Shown here: positions 40,801 through 49,175 of the stretch, one piece after another
Layout of the letters: each line of letters begins with the position of its first letter
Position numbering within the stretch: position 1 is the stretch's first letter
Source of the DNA: an uncultured Gammaproteobacteria bacterium
GTDB taxonomy: Bacteria > Patescibacteriota > Microgenomatia > UBA8517 > JACQJR01
Assembly (NCBI GenBank): GCA_964442455.1
Contig: CAYTZB010000005.1
Coordinates: 5,152 to 69,151, forward strand
Direction: 5' to 3'
Length of the DNA: 64,000 bases
Made by a program: the position numbers and the translations under genes
The notes under the pieces: model-generated
Databases searched by the model: none
What the model was told of the DNA's origin: nothing
The model's input: only the letters and a program-made list of their open reading frames with translations

Positions 40801-41974
40801 GAACATTCGACAAGATTACATTGTAATGACGCAAAGAATCGGAACTGCTAATTGGAGTTGTACCATCATTATTACCACCGAATGGACCCGAGACTGTTGC
40901 TGGCACCGTTCCACCACTACTTTTTACGAAGCTCGTGGATGATGTAAAGTCGCTACCAGGGTAGGAAAAATCATTTAAGTTATCAGCCGAGGATCGGGGA
41001 TTACCGCTTAACCCAGTCGTGATTTGTTCTAGATGGTCGATACCGATAACACTATTTTGGAAATCATACACAGGACTGACGATAATATCCCCATCAGTAT
41101 TGTCATTGTTTTTGACTTCAATCTCAGTCGGTATACATGCCCCTTCTGGATAGGCACCAACATTACCGTTTTTAAGTTCCCCTGTTCCGGTTGGCTGGCC
41201 ACTAACAAGACTATAGACGCCAGATAAGACAAAACCGAACATACTGATTGCCACTTTGTTGTCTGGAATAGTAGAATCCGTAAACGTGGTTGTTGCCAAA
41301 ACTGACGCACCCAGCAGTACTTCAACCAGATAGCTTCCCTGTTGTCCTTCGCCGCGGAGAGGGTATAGATAAATAAAGGAACCATTTTGGTCGGTTGTTA
41401 CCGTATCGGATGAACCTATATTACCTTCCGCATCTCGAACCTGCCCATCTGGCCAGGTTACACGAACAGTTAAGTTAGAATTTGTTGGGAAATTGGAACC
41501 GGTTATTGTAACTGTATCCGAAGGAGAATAATCCGCTTTGTCGGTTGAAAGAGAATAGTTAAGTTGTGCGCTTGGCTCGCTTTCTTGTTGTCCTAGATCA
41601 AGTTGAGGGGGCCCGGTAGTGGTTTGCGGACTTACATCGTTTGCTTGGACTAAGACCTCCCCTGAAAGAACGGGTGGTTCGGAATTGTCTGGTGTGGGAG
41701 TTGGTAACAAAACCTCAGGTGTTGCGGTAACTTGCGGTGTAGGCGTTAAGGAAGGATCTGGCGAAACCGTAGGGTCTGTCGTTTCACTCGTTATTGACGG
41801 TGAATCTGTTGGGGCTTCTGTCGGAGCAATTGTTGCTTCGGGGGTTGGTGTTGCACTTTCCGCAAAAACTACTCCCGGCGCCAAAAGAACCGGCGCCCAA
41901 GAATTAAGCAGTAGGGAGACCGTTGCTACTATAGACAAAAACTTAGATAGTCTTCGGCCAAGTTCTTTTCTCAC
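34817..41974 (-). CDS. Giant repetitive surface protein (prealbumin/Cna-B-like repeats, SdrD-B-like, DUF11-like, internal LPAAG, FN3-like module)
   Basis: Signal peptide, TP-rich linker, repeated TLxKxV...CTITN units, GSISGFKFED, VTYTLVITNTG, LPAAG+TM, C-terminal TM. Confidence 0.85.
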   Translation of the reverse strand: MRKELGRRLSKFLSIVATVSLLLNSWAPVLLAPGVVFAESATPTPEATIAPTEAPTDSPSITSETTDPTVSPDPSLTPTPQVTATPEVLLPTPTPDNSEPPVLSGEVLVQANDVSPQTTTGPPQLDLGQQESEPSAQLNYSLSTDKADYSPSDTVTITGSNFPTNSNLTVRVTWPDGQVRDAEGNIGSSDTVTTDQNGSFIYLYPLRGEGQQGSYLVEVLLGASVLATTTFTDSTIPDNKVAISMFGFVLSGVYSLVSGQPTGTGELKNGNVGAYPEGACIPTEIEVKNNDNTDGDIIVSPVYDFQNSVIGIDHLEQITTGLSGNPRSSADNLNDFSYPGSDFTSSTSFVKSSGGTVPATVSGPFGGNNDGTTPISSSDSLRHYNVILSNVPSHNTVYMLFCGRLGLDASQFNGSSMSIRTAQGGQENIPIPVNQLLQLPSITLSKIVDSGSATSDQWSFTITPAINGQSVYPIPPGQNSVTINNVSPDGNYTVTESGPAGYTFASGTGTSCTFNGSTATATVAAGKPPTNATCTFHNALNTGTIIVHKDVQGPNGEAITDTSQNFTVRLDSANPQFLTDGETFTYTDITAGTHTITEDTPPTGYALFSITPDNDGGTSGAQVTVTPGQTTDVFVVNRQQNATITVIKDVLNPDGGEVSDTHQFTVNVGSQSDQIGEGDNGVFTVVPGTYAITESPDPDYDLVSITPDEDTGAGGTQVVVGPGEQQTVNVVNKQKKATINVVKDVRAPDGSDVSDNHAFTAQLNGANNQSFSETLTASYPVNPGSYSITEVEDSNYTYVSCTPDANQTPGDGAQVTVSSNGTITVTCTNKQKNAIVTIVKDVRDPNGNDVLDSTNFVVQRGGGDNKDFHEGLNAVYTLAPGTYTFSEIVTAGYTLNNINPDNDTNASNGTTQTLASNQNLIITFVNYQNVGSISGFKFEDTDGSLLTSGDQTGLIGWAIELWSCASDFTGCVLSQTINTASDGSYSFSSIIPGYYQVKEVLQAGWTALTAVFKNVTLTPGGSVTEQNFINFKNVSVKACKVIDADGDIGTTGDQTNKSGWTVKLLVDSQVSDTQTTEEDGCYTWTNLGPGHTYGVSEETPGGWTNLGDTTHSFGQATSGSNYVFTFVNFQNAQIIVHKNVLGTDGTTDVSNSTEFTSLLNGGTPKAIAEGTDATYPDLGPGTYTITEATAPTGYQLVSISDGGVVTVSSGGTFNVYVTNKQVSAQLIVIKHVINNNGGDNVASDFNINVTGTNVSDSSFQGDENGTTVTLDAGSYSVDEDSVSGYTKSLSQDCSGTIAFGQTKTCTITNNDVGPTVTLIKNVINDNGGNAGVNNFGLTIGGVPVTSGQTIEVDANTSVAINEAGLTGYEFVSIAGEGCPTQLGGTVTLDEGESVTCTITNDDIAPSITLIKEVINDNGGNAGSDDFGISVGGSAVLSGATTTVSANTPIVINEVGLTGYSFVSISGDAKCPEILGGTVTLDEGESITCTITNNDVGPTITLTKVVVNNNGGNAQPNDFDPTIDGNVVLSGSTTQVSANQPHTINETVLDGYNFVSITGDAKCPNTLGGTVTLDEGENISCTITNDDIIPTITLIKEVIGGNADPDDFGLLVDDIGVLSGFATEVDANTPIAIDEDGLEGYSFTSITGDEKCPEVLGGTVILDEGEDVTCTITNTRDIGEIVVNKQVDTNGDGSFEGDNDVANELGFRWGIDEETPEREMGESAGPLDTGTYDVSENNVLGYHFVGWFEGEGTCEDPENAELPASITVEEDQSAEITLCNARDTGDLTVLKNVDANGDGDLNDEEDIIGATNWTWDIAGVEQNIATGQTRTLPTESYTISEDLQEEFGLVSWSCSDETSGTTNEIVVNLTTDGVTCTFTNQKLLPGISLTKTNDHTSSASGSDVVTYTLVITNTGGGTLHDVRLVDVLPSGFTFIPLTGTPADPDSVSGNILTWNNLGDIAGTASLTVTYKAVIASDIHAGTHTNLAFAQGTGSDTFQSNIVRSSVPIGKGVFISYDIHQPQVLAAVTELPAAGANTVWLVYVGFLLGAGFGLRRLGLALAPRRKGRAKKSGLWKKFLGSVVVLLLFIFVAQVSPAKAAVTVDILDLPSYTNTDTFYISYTALDIEGDSVTANFFVKKDGGTFRSLVNSSTTGATNKVLVTGADFYDGQGKYIFRVEVTGGADTSADETNTNFDHSGPSGVQEYRKERPSDSSYRLFWKNPGDSDFSRVFIYRSDKPEFTADGGTKVGEVGGAPDQQMSWDNFGLESGKTYFYALRAVDHAGNGSGIVADQEAQVTAGAVLASAATTTGAVAGGVGEVKILPKEEPSEGEILGGEATPTPSAAPTPVGEEQGGLLERLSGNRLLALGVILIVVIGALVFWPRRPRE

Positions 41975-41986
41975 TTATAGATGGAT

Positions 41987-42015
41987 ACTATAAGCTTATC
42001 TTAATCAAATGTCAA
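41987..42015 (-). promoter_or_regulatory. sigma70-type promoter of the giant surface protein gene
   Basis: TTGACA-17 bp-TATAGT. Confidence 0.75.
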
Positions 42016-42030
42016 GTTTTTTAATCCGAT

Positions 42031-42681
42031 TTAATCAATTGCTACTTTTTTTGAAATAACAATTAACCTCTTAAGTGTCGTTCCCGGAGGATAACAAGTT
42101 TGTAGAGTGAGCATTTCCTCTTTATTTTTGGTATTGCGAAGATATTTAATGTCCGCCGAAGGAACAACTTTTTTCTCAACAACCTCATATTTGAATCTTT
42201 CTCCTTTATAAAAAATATCAATCTCGTCTCCCTTCTCAAGTTTTCCGATAAGATAAAACACGGCGTTGTAGCGACCAACATTTAGGAAACTATCGGTTGA
42301 GTGAGCAAAAAGATAAACGTTTCCCTCCTCACCCGGCAAGGCAGTACCCTTTGCATGAGCTACGCCGCTCTTTAACACGGAAAGATATTCTGACTTGTTA
42401 AAGGGATTAACATTGGCAAAAACCGGTGCGTTGGCGGCAAGTTTGGGAATTACTATTCCAAAATCTGTGCTCGCGGGGGTAATTTGGCGGTCGGAGGAAA
42501 AGGGTTCAACTGAGTATTTTATCTGAAATAGTTCATTAATCTTATACCCAATTTCTTCTTTTATTGCCGGCCCAAAGGTAAAAATAAGCATTAAAACTGC
42601 ACCGACTATAAAGAGATTACCCAAAAACATAAGAGCTCGAGCCAGGAAAATAATTTTTCTGTTTTCAGCTTTAGTAGCCAT
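42031..42681 (-). CDS. Sortase
   Basis: GVAHAKGT, FAHS, LTLQTCYPPG...KRLIV (His/Cys/Arg); start moved to MATK. Confidence 0.9.
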   Translation of the reverse strand: MATKAENRKIIFLARALMFLGNLFIVGAVLMLIFTFGPAIKEEIGYKINELFQIKYSVEPFSSDRQITPASTDFGIVIPKLAANAPVFANVNPFNKSEYLSVLKSGVAHAKGTALPGEEGNVYLFAHSTDSFLNVGRYNAVFYLIGKLEKGDEIDIFYKGERFKYEVVEKKVVPSADIKYLRNTKNKEEMLTLQTCYPPGTTLKRLIVISKKVAID

Positions 42682-43651
42682 TAGGATTTTGTTTATGCCA
42701 AAGATGGGCAGTTTTGACAATGGTTTCAAGATCAGAGTGTTTTGGTTTCCAACCAAGCTCTTTTTGAAGTTTTGAAGAGTCGGCAACAAGTTCTGCCGGA
42801 TCCCCTTCTCGGCGTGGGCCCACTTTAACGGGAAACTCACCCGCAACTTTTTTGACCATCTCAATAACTTCACGATTTGAATATCCTTGGCCGGTACCGG
42901 CATTATACGCCGCACACATTTGACCACTTTCAAGAGCCTTAAGTGCCAGGATATGTGCTTCTACTAAATCCAAAACATGAATATAGTCGCGGATGCACGT
43001 TCCGTCTTTTGTTTCGTAGTCGTCCCCAAAAAGAGTAAACTCGCTTTTCGACAACGCTGCGCGTATCGCAAGGGGGATGATATGGCTTTCGTTTTTATGA
43101 GCTTCACCCAGTGAACCATCTAACGCCGCACCTGCTGCATTAAAGTAACGAATACTAATTGAGTTTATCTTGTGGATTTGGTGGTACCAATGGAGTAACC
43201 GCTCAATCATCACTTTCGTCTCTCCATATGCGTTTGTAGGGGATTGCGGGTGCTCTTCTGGAATTGGGATTTTGGTTGGATTACCATATACTGCAGCACT
43301 TGAGGAAAACACAAACTTGCGTATACCTGACAGCGCGCATGTTTCAATTAAATGAAAACTACCCTCGACATTATTCTTAAAGTACTTTCCGGGATTCTGC
43401 ATTGATTCACCGGCTTGAATGAACGCGGCAAAGTGCATAACCGCCTCTATTTCATTTATTTGAATTGTCTTTTCAATTAATTGTCCTCCAGTTACTAAAT
43501 CTCCTTCTACTACCTTTACTTCTTTTGGGATTGCCTCTTTGTGGCCTTCTGAAAAATTATCAAACACCACAACAGAATGCCCTGCATCTTTCAAGGCACG
43601 AACCGTAAAACTCCCAATATATCCTGCTCCGCCGGTAACTAGAATGTTCAT
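42671..43651 (-). CDS. galE: UDP-glucose 4-epimerase
   Basis: TGGAGYIGS, FSSSAAVYG, YGETK, RYFNAAGA, RDYIHV. Confidence 0.95.
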   Translation of the reverse strand: MNILVTGGAGYIGSFTVRALKDAGHSVVVFDNFSEGHKEAIPKEVKVVEGDLVTGGQLIEKTIQINEIEAVMHFAAFIQAGESMQNPGKYFKNNVEGSFHLIETCALSGIRKFVFSSSAAVYGNPTKIPIPEEHPQSPTNAYGETKVMIERLLHWYHQIHKINSISIRYFNAAGAALDGSLGEAHKNESHIIPLAIRAALSKSEFTLFGDDYETKDGTCIRDYIHVLDLVEAHILALKALESGQMCAAYNAGTGQGYSNREVIEMVKKVAGEFPVKVGPRREGDPAELVADSSKLQKELGWKPKHSDLETIVKTAHLWHKQNPNGY

Positions 43652-43974
43652 ATATACACTGGTTCTACTGGCTTCTTCTCAACTTTTCTCCCATTAACAG
43701 GAATACCGAGCGTCCAACCCAGGGCATTGGCAACTGCTACCCCCACTCGCAGTCCGGTAAACGAGCCCGGGCCAGGATTTATCCTAATCGCACCAATATC
43801 GGCAACACTCAATTTCTGTTTTTTGAGTGCTTTTTCAATAAGGGGAAGGAGCGCCTGTGACTTCAAAAATTCGTTCTTCTGCTCAAAACTCACTTTTTTG
43901 CCATCAATCTCAAGCACCAAGCGCGTCCTCTCGCTTTCCGAGGTATCAATATATAATAATAGTGCTTTTCGCAT
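43648..43974 (-). CDS. tsaB: Minimal TsaB (t6A biosynthesis)
   Basis: IDTS, GPGSFTGLRVG; only the N-terminal domain is present. Confidence 0.85.
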   Translation of the reverse strand: MRKALLLYIDTSESERTRLVLEIDGKKVSFEQKNEFLKSQALLPLIEKALKKQKLSVADIGAIRINPGPGSFTGLRVGVAVANALGWTLGIPVNGRKVEKKPVEPVYI

Positions 43975-44049
43975 AGATGACTAGTTAACTGGTCAACTCC
44001 GTTAATTGTATCTTATTCGAGGCTAGGGGTAAAGATTAGGAATTGAAAA

Positions 44050-45075
44050 TTAGATACCTTGGTTATTGATGAAGTCGCAAACACCCATCATCAAAAGTAA
44101 TTGATTTCTTGTTGGATTTGTCAAAGTTACCCCAGTAGCTTTTCCTTCTATAGCAGTAATTACATCCCCTAAACTGACTGTTGGCCCGCTCAAACCCAAA
44201 TAACTGGCTGCCCCTGAGGGTAAACTAGATACATTATATATGTGAGCCAGTGATTTTCTTCCAGAAGCCACATTTAGACGCAGAGCTAGATATTGAGCTT
44301 TAAACTTTAGTGCACTACACGAACGTTGACTACCTTTACAACCGGTGGAGTTTTTAATTAGATTAACCAAACCTGTTGTATTAATACCGTAAGTAGTAGT
44401 TATGCCCAATTGAGGAAACCAATCATTGATTAACCAACCTGAATCGGTATTGATAGTTGATATCCACCCATTAATATCTCCTTGAGAATAAGTATTATGT
44501 CTATTCCAATTTCTCCAAAAACCAATTGTTCCTTCAAATTCCACTACAGAGCCAAAAGTTAAGTCAAAAATTACTGATTTGGCTTGAAACTCATTGCCAG
44601 CTCCTGGTGGAAAAGTTACCTTGAAATTATAAACTTTGTGTTCACTGGGGCCAATTAGACTAAGTGTCACTCCATCTATACTTATCGAATCATTGAAAAA
44701 ATCAGCCAAAGTCTTTGCCCCTGTTGGACTACCACTGCCATAAACAGGTGTTGACCCATCCTTAATAACAATATCCAAAACCGTTTCTAGTTTTGGATCA
44801 TCCCCCACACCTCCAGTTCTAATACCTTTGACTGCCACCAAAATAGCATCACTGCCACTGTTGGTTACATCAATGTCTCTGTCCTCCATATCCCCTGGAG
44901 TCATGTTCGTTACCACAAAAATCGGATCGCCTATAGGAACATGGAAATCAACAATTAAACTCCCAAATGCTTTCACTGTTGAGCTCTTAAGCGGGAATTT
45001 ATAAGCCGTCGCAAATACTACCAAAAATGCAGCGAGCGAAACTACTGTCAATATTCTCATTACATATTTTTTCAT
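44050..45075 (-). CDS. Secreted protein with a TasA/CalY-like N-terminal domain
   Basis: NMTPGD...VTNSG and FPPGAGNEFQAKSVIFDLTF parallel the TasA-like protein at 46365. Confidence 0.6.
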   Translation of the reverse strand: MKKYVMRILTVVSLAAFLVVFATAYKFPLKSSTVKAFGSLIVDFHVPIGDPIFVVTNMTPGDMEDRDIDVTNSGSDAILVAVKGIRTGGVGDDPKLETVLDIVIKDGSTPVYGSGSPTGAKTLADFFNDSISIDGVTLSLIGPSEHKVYNFKVTFPPGAGNEFQAKSVIFDLTFGSVVEFEGTIGFWRNWNRHNTYSQGDINGWISTINTDSGWLINDWFPQLGITTTYGINTTGLVNLIKNSTGCKGSQRSCSALKFKAQYLALRLNVASGRKSLAHIYNVSSLPSGAASYLGLSGPTVSLGDVITAIEGKATGVTLTNPTRNQLLLMMGVCDFINNQGI

Positions 45076-45076
45076 A

Positions 45077-46267
45077 TTAAATTCCTGGTGTCGGTGGATC
45101 TCGATTTACAAAATCAGCGTTCGTATTAGTGTCAATTCCATCTGGATCCCTTTCATGGGAAATTCCCGCTGACGTAGCCGCTGGAATCGATGGGTTTAGG
45201 CCATTAGTATTGGAGCCCCAGCTAATATGATCAACAATTAGCCCTGATGAAGGACAAACTCCACTTCTTAACGCTAGCTCATCATTATTGGCTAAGCCAT
45301 TACCAATTGATGATGGGGCAACAATGAAAACAACGCTGCCATCAGTTGGAACTGCCGTCCAAACCGCCCTAAACTCAGCTTCTGTGTGAGTAGAAACAAT
45401 CGCAAATCCATTTGAAGGTATAGAGGCATTGGGCATGTTGTCACAACTGGTGTTATCGGAAATAGACCAGTTGGCTAGACTCACAGCGGTACTTGTTGGG
45501 TTGTAAAGCTCGGCCCATTCTGAATCAGCTTCGCTACCAATTCGATGGGCTTGAGCAATTCGATAGTAGACTTCATTTATGACAATGTCATTAATACTCG
45601 GAAATTGTCCGGCAGTAAAAATATTATTCGTACTTGATCCGGAATTTGAGAAAAAGGCATGGGAGTTTTGGATAAATGAACCACTTATAATAAGGGGAAT
45701 AAGAATAACAAGACTATTTAAACTCACAGAAGGTGAAAATGAGCCTTGAGATTTCCCGCGTTGCCTTCTAATTTCTTTAAAGATATTTACAACTTCCAAA
45801 ACAATTACAAGTAATGCCGGGAAAATAACAAGAAGTGGAAAACCAATATTCGACTTAGTAAAAGCAAAAAGCCTTCCTATATACGGCAAGAGAAATATTG
45901 CTTTTCCGACAACCTTCTCTTCCGCTACTACTCCATTATCCGGCGCATTATTCGCATCTCCTTTTGTTTGATAAAACAATTTCCCCTCTTTTGTTTCAAC
46001 AGCAACAATTCTGTGTGTTGTAAGAATTTTGGGATCCTTCTCGCCTTTAAAGGCAACAATATCACCTTCTTTGTATAGTAGTAACCCTTCACCTTTGGAA
46101 TTGACGACCACAAGATCACCGACTTTAATCGTCGGTTCCATACTTCCTGAGCGAACAATCAATGCTTTATTATCAAACCAAGGAATGGCCACGAACGCCA
46201 ATCCTACTGCTACTATTACAAGCAGCACTGATACAACATAACTAATACTTTTTAAGAGCGTATTCAC
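45077..46267 (-). CDS. sipW: SipW-type signal peptidase fused to a SipW-cognate signal and lamin-tail-like domain
   Basis: SGSMEP, THRI, TKGDAN; then SHAFFSNSGSSTNNIFTAG; then VINEVYY...EWAELYNPT. Confidence 0.8.
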   Translation of the reverse strand: MNTLLKSISYVVSVLLVIVAVGLAFVAIPWFDNKALIVRSGSMEPTIKVGDLVVVNSKGEGLLLYKEGDIVAFKGEKDPKILTTHRIVAVETKEGKLFYQTKGDANNAPDNGVVAEEKVVGKAIFLLPYIGRLFAFTKSNIGFPLLVIFPALLVIVLEVVNIFKEIRRQRGKSQGSFSPSVSLNSLVILIPLIISGSFIQNSHAFFSNSGSSTNNIFTAGQFPSINDIVINEVYYRIAQAHRIGSEADSEWAELYNPTSTAVSLANWSISDNTSCDNMPNASIPSNGFAIVSTHTEAEFRAVWTAVPTDGSVVFIVAPSSIGNGLANNDELALRSGVCPSSGLIVDHISWGSNTNGLNPSIPAATSAGISHERDPDGIDTNTNADFVNRDPPTPGI

Positions 46268-46330
46268 ATAACCCTTTCTTTCGACAATCGAACCTCCAAT
46301 CTATAACTTCAATCTAACCGCGCATCCCGA

Positions 46331-46355
46331 AGCCCTCCGGACCCTCCGGAGGGCT
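46331..46355. terminator. Strong hairpin just 3' of the tasA-like gene (terminator or stabiliser)
   Basis: AGCCCTCCGGA-CCC-TCCGGAGGGCT, 11-bp perfect stem, no U-tract. Confidence 0.5.
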
Positions 46356-46364
46356 GTACGTGAA

Positions 46365-46955
46365 CTACTGTGACAGATTTTGATGACCTACAAACGTAAA
46401 CGTTTCTGTAATTGACTTTCCTTGGTAGGTATCATCTGCATCCTCATCAAACTCGAAGGTCAGACATAGGTATCTAGTTTCACCCGACACTATTGCCGAA
46501 AAAGGCAAATCAAGATCCGTTGTGTTCAGAGCAGCTAAAGTTGTAAAGCTACCAGTAATATCATCTGGATCATCGGCGCAGGTTGAAACGGAATCAATTT
46601 TAGCGGACGTGATATTCAATTGAGTAGCTAGATCTGGAGAACTTGAAACGGTCTCTGTTGCTCCTAAGTTAACTTCTGCAATATCGATCGAACCATCGTT
46701 GTGCATAGATACAAACCCAGAAGTAGTATCACCAGGTGCCATATCAGCATCTCCGAACGAGGCATCAATTGTGGCAGCAGGCGTTATGTCGTCGTCATCG
46801 TCTAGCAGAAGAACAAGATCACCACTAGCAAATACGTTGTCAGTACTTGTTGCTGTGCTTGAGAAAAACGCAAATGTTGAGCCGACAATTAATGCTCCTG
46901 CGGCGGCAATTGACGCAAGACTTAATGCAATTCGTGAATTAATTGCAAAAGGCAT
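46365..46955 (-). CDS. TasA/CalY-family protein
   Basis: SipW-class signal GSTFAFFSSTATSTDNVFASG, MAPGD, NDGSI, YQGKS; strong SD AAGGAGGTG before ATG 46955. Confidence 0.82.
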   Translation of the reverse strand: MPFAINSRIALSLASIAAAGALIVGSTFAFFSSTATSTDNVFASGDLVLLLDDDDDITPAATIDASFGDADMAPGDTTSGFVSMHNDGSIDIAEVNLGATETVSSSPDLATQLNITSAKIDSVSTCADDPDDITGSFTTLAALNTTDLDLPFSAIVSGETRYLCLTFEFDEDADDTYQGKSITETFTFVGHQNLSQ

Positions 46956-47256
46956 AATTTTTATCACCTCCTTTCTGCCCTCAAAAGGGCTCTTATATAA
47001 AATAAACTCCGCGGTTTATAGCGGAGTTAACATGGAAACTATAAGTTTGTTGTATGCAAAACAGGATTGGCAGAGTAATATCTTCATAAAAATGGGCAGA
47101 ATAGATAAGGAGGGCAGGAGGTTTTTTAAGATTTTATGGTCTTTTTTAGGCTATAGGGTACGGATTATATTGTCAAGATGAACAAAAGTAATCAAAGAGG
47201 TTTAAAATGGGTCAATCATTCCTGAGAAATATTACGTAGTAAGAGGTAAATATTTT

Positions 47257-48009
47257 CTAGTTACTACAACCTGGCCCGGGAGATGTATTTCCAGTGGAGT
47301 AAAGTACATCCATACCTAATTTATCCCCTAATCCTAAAGTTCGCTTCTGGGTTTCTCCAAGACCAGCAAATCTATAGGAAGTTAGACAACCATCTTTAGG
47401 GGCATTCGTATGATCAAGTCCCGCAACATGAAGCCATTCATGGGTAAGAGCATTTTGAACATCATAAGTTGTTGGACTGTCCCCAACTGACCATGGCTCA
47501 GATGTGTCAATTGTTATAACAAAACCGCCTATTTCCTTTGTCGCAACATTACGACAAACACGAGCGGAAGCAAGAGCGCCACCCTCTCCATCAATTGCTG
47601 TCCATTGAACAGTATTTGGATCCCCAGTACAGAGGTTTTCTTGAGCGGTAGAATCGTCCCGACTAAATTCACGAGTGATTATAAACCCATCAACTATATC
47701 TTCTGCATCAACAATCGCAGTATTACCCCCACTTACCGCTTCTGTTCCTGTAATCTTATACTCAACCATACCACCAGCAAACCATTTAATCCCCCCTTGC
47801 GTTAAATGAAAACTATTAGATTCTGTAGTCGGATGAGGACCAGGACCAGCATGAGTATCAGCTCCATAATCCACAAATACCTCTTCAACCCACTGCAGAC
47901 TGGGGGCGGTGACTCTTTTAGACGGAGCAGCAGAAGCAGGAAAGACAGCGAGAATTAAAAGGGTAAAAGCTACTATAGCAGTTGTTATTTTGCTAACACT
48001 AAAACTCAT
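47257..48009 (-). CDS. Secreted matrixin/metzincin-like metalloprotease
   Basis: Signal peptide; HEWLHVAGLDH. Confidence 0.8.
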   Translation of the reverse strand: MSFSVSKITTAIVAFTLLILAVFPASAAPSKRVTAPSLQWVEEVFVDYGADTHAGPGPHPTTESNSFHLTQGGIKWFAGGMVEYKITGTEAVSGGNTAIVDAEDIVDGFIITREFSRDDSTAQENLCTGDPNTVQWTAIDGEGGALASARVCRNVATKEIGGFVITIDTSEPWSVGDSPTTYDVQNALTHEWLHVAGLDHTNAPKDGCLTSYRFAGLGETQKRTLGLGDKLGMDVLYSTGNTSPGPGCSN

Positions 48010-49160
48010 GGAGCGGTGGGGAGACCAAAACCGGCGTCGGGGTCATCGCCTACTCTTCCAATATCTGCATAGTTGTTGAGCGCTCTATTTTGAAGATAAG
48101 TCCTGGTTGCTGCAGCCGTCCCTTGCCATACTTTGGCAGAAAGACCGGCAACATGAGGGGTTGCCATTGAAGTACCAGAGATAGTGTAATAACACCCATT
48201 TTTCCAAGTTGACTCAACCGAAACTCCTGGTGCCGCAAATTCTATATCGCGCGCTTCTACCACATATGGGGTAGTGTTGTAGTTGTTACCGCGTGAGGAC
48301 CAGTTGGCAATTGCATCGCTTGAATTTATTGCACCAACCGCTACCACATTCGCAAGCGCGGCGGGATAAAGAATTGTGTTATCCGCTGGCCCACTATTTC
48401 CCGCTGCTGCCACAATGAGCACTCCTTTGCCAACTGCATAATTAAAAGCATTTACCTCATCTTGTGTTATTGAAGATCCCCCAAGACTTAGGTTAATAAT
48501 ATTCGCTCCGTTGTCAGCTGCATAGCGAACACCCCTGGCAATATCATCACTCCAGCATAAACCTCCGTTTGAGCATACCTTAATAGCCATAATCTTGGCA
48601 GCGGGCGCAACTCCCAAAATTTTCCCATTGGCTGCAATCGTGCCTGCCACATGGGTACCGTGCCCGTTCCCATCACTACATCGAGCGAGAATTGTTGAGT
48701 ATTGTGCATCGCGGCAATCAACAATGTTGTTTTTCAAATCCGGATGGTCTTTCTTAACACCGGTATCAATAACCGCTACTTTAATTCCACTTCCCGAGCC
48801 TGCCTGACCACCGTTCACCTTCGAGATGCCCCATGGTGTCTGGGTAGATGGTGAACAAGTTGCTTGAGTTTCACGATGGGAAGCGACAGAGGGAACTTCA
48901 AGAAGTTGCCACTGACTCGCCATTCCGCGGAATTCTAAATTGGGGTTTGTTTGTAATCGCTCTATAGTTGAAATGGGTGCTTCTATAGAGAAGACACCAT
49001 CACCAAAGTCATGATGAATATAACGGGAGATTGAAGTTAAAGCTGTGGGAGACGTAACTTTAAAGTACGCCCGACCAATTTCTTGAGCTTGAACGCTGGA
49101 GAGGATTGTTCCTGCAAAGAATGCAACTACAACCGCAAAGATAATGAGGAGTTTTTTCAT
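48006..49160 (-). CDS. Subtilisin-like S8 serine protease
   Basis: VAVIDTG, HGTHVAG, AAAGN, GTSMATPH; signal peptide and propeptide. Confidence 0.95.
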   Translation of the reverse strand: MKKLLIIFAVVVAFFAGTILSSVQAQEIGRAYFKVTSPTALTSISRYIHHDFGDGVFSIEAPISTIERLQTNPNLEFRGMASQWQLLEVPSVASHRETQATCSPSTQTPWGISKVNGGQAGSGSGIKVAVIDTGVKKDHPDLKNNIVDCRDAQYSTILARCSDGNGHGTHVAGTIAANGKILGVAPAAKIMAIKVCSNGGLCWSDDIARGVRYAADNGANIINLSLGGSSITQDEVNAFNYAVGKGVLIVAAAGNSGPADNTILYPAALANVVAVGAINSSDAIANWSSRGNNYNTTPYVVEARDIEFAAPGVSVESTWKNGCYYTISGTSMATPHVAGLSAKVWQGTAAATRTYLQNRALNNYADIGRVGDDPDAGFGLPTAP

Positions 49161-49175
49161 TACGGTATCTCTACT

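Noticed and set aside
42682-42933. N-terminal extension of sortase
   Set aside because: Overlaps the galE 3' end in another frame
43648-43974. tsaB as a pseudogene
   Set aside because: Clean start, stop coupled to galE, intact motif and no remnant of a missing domain
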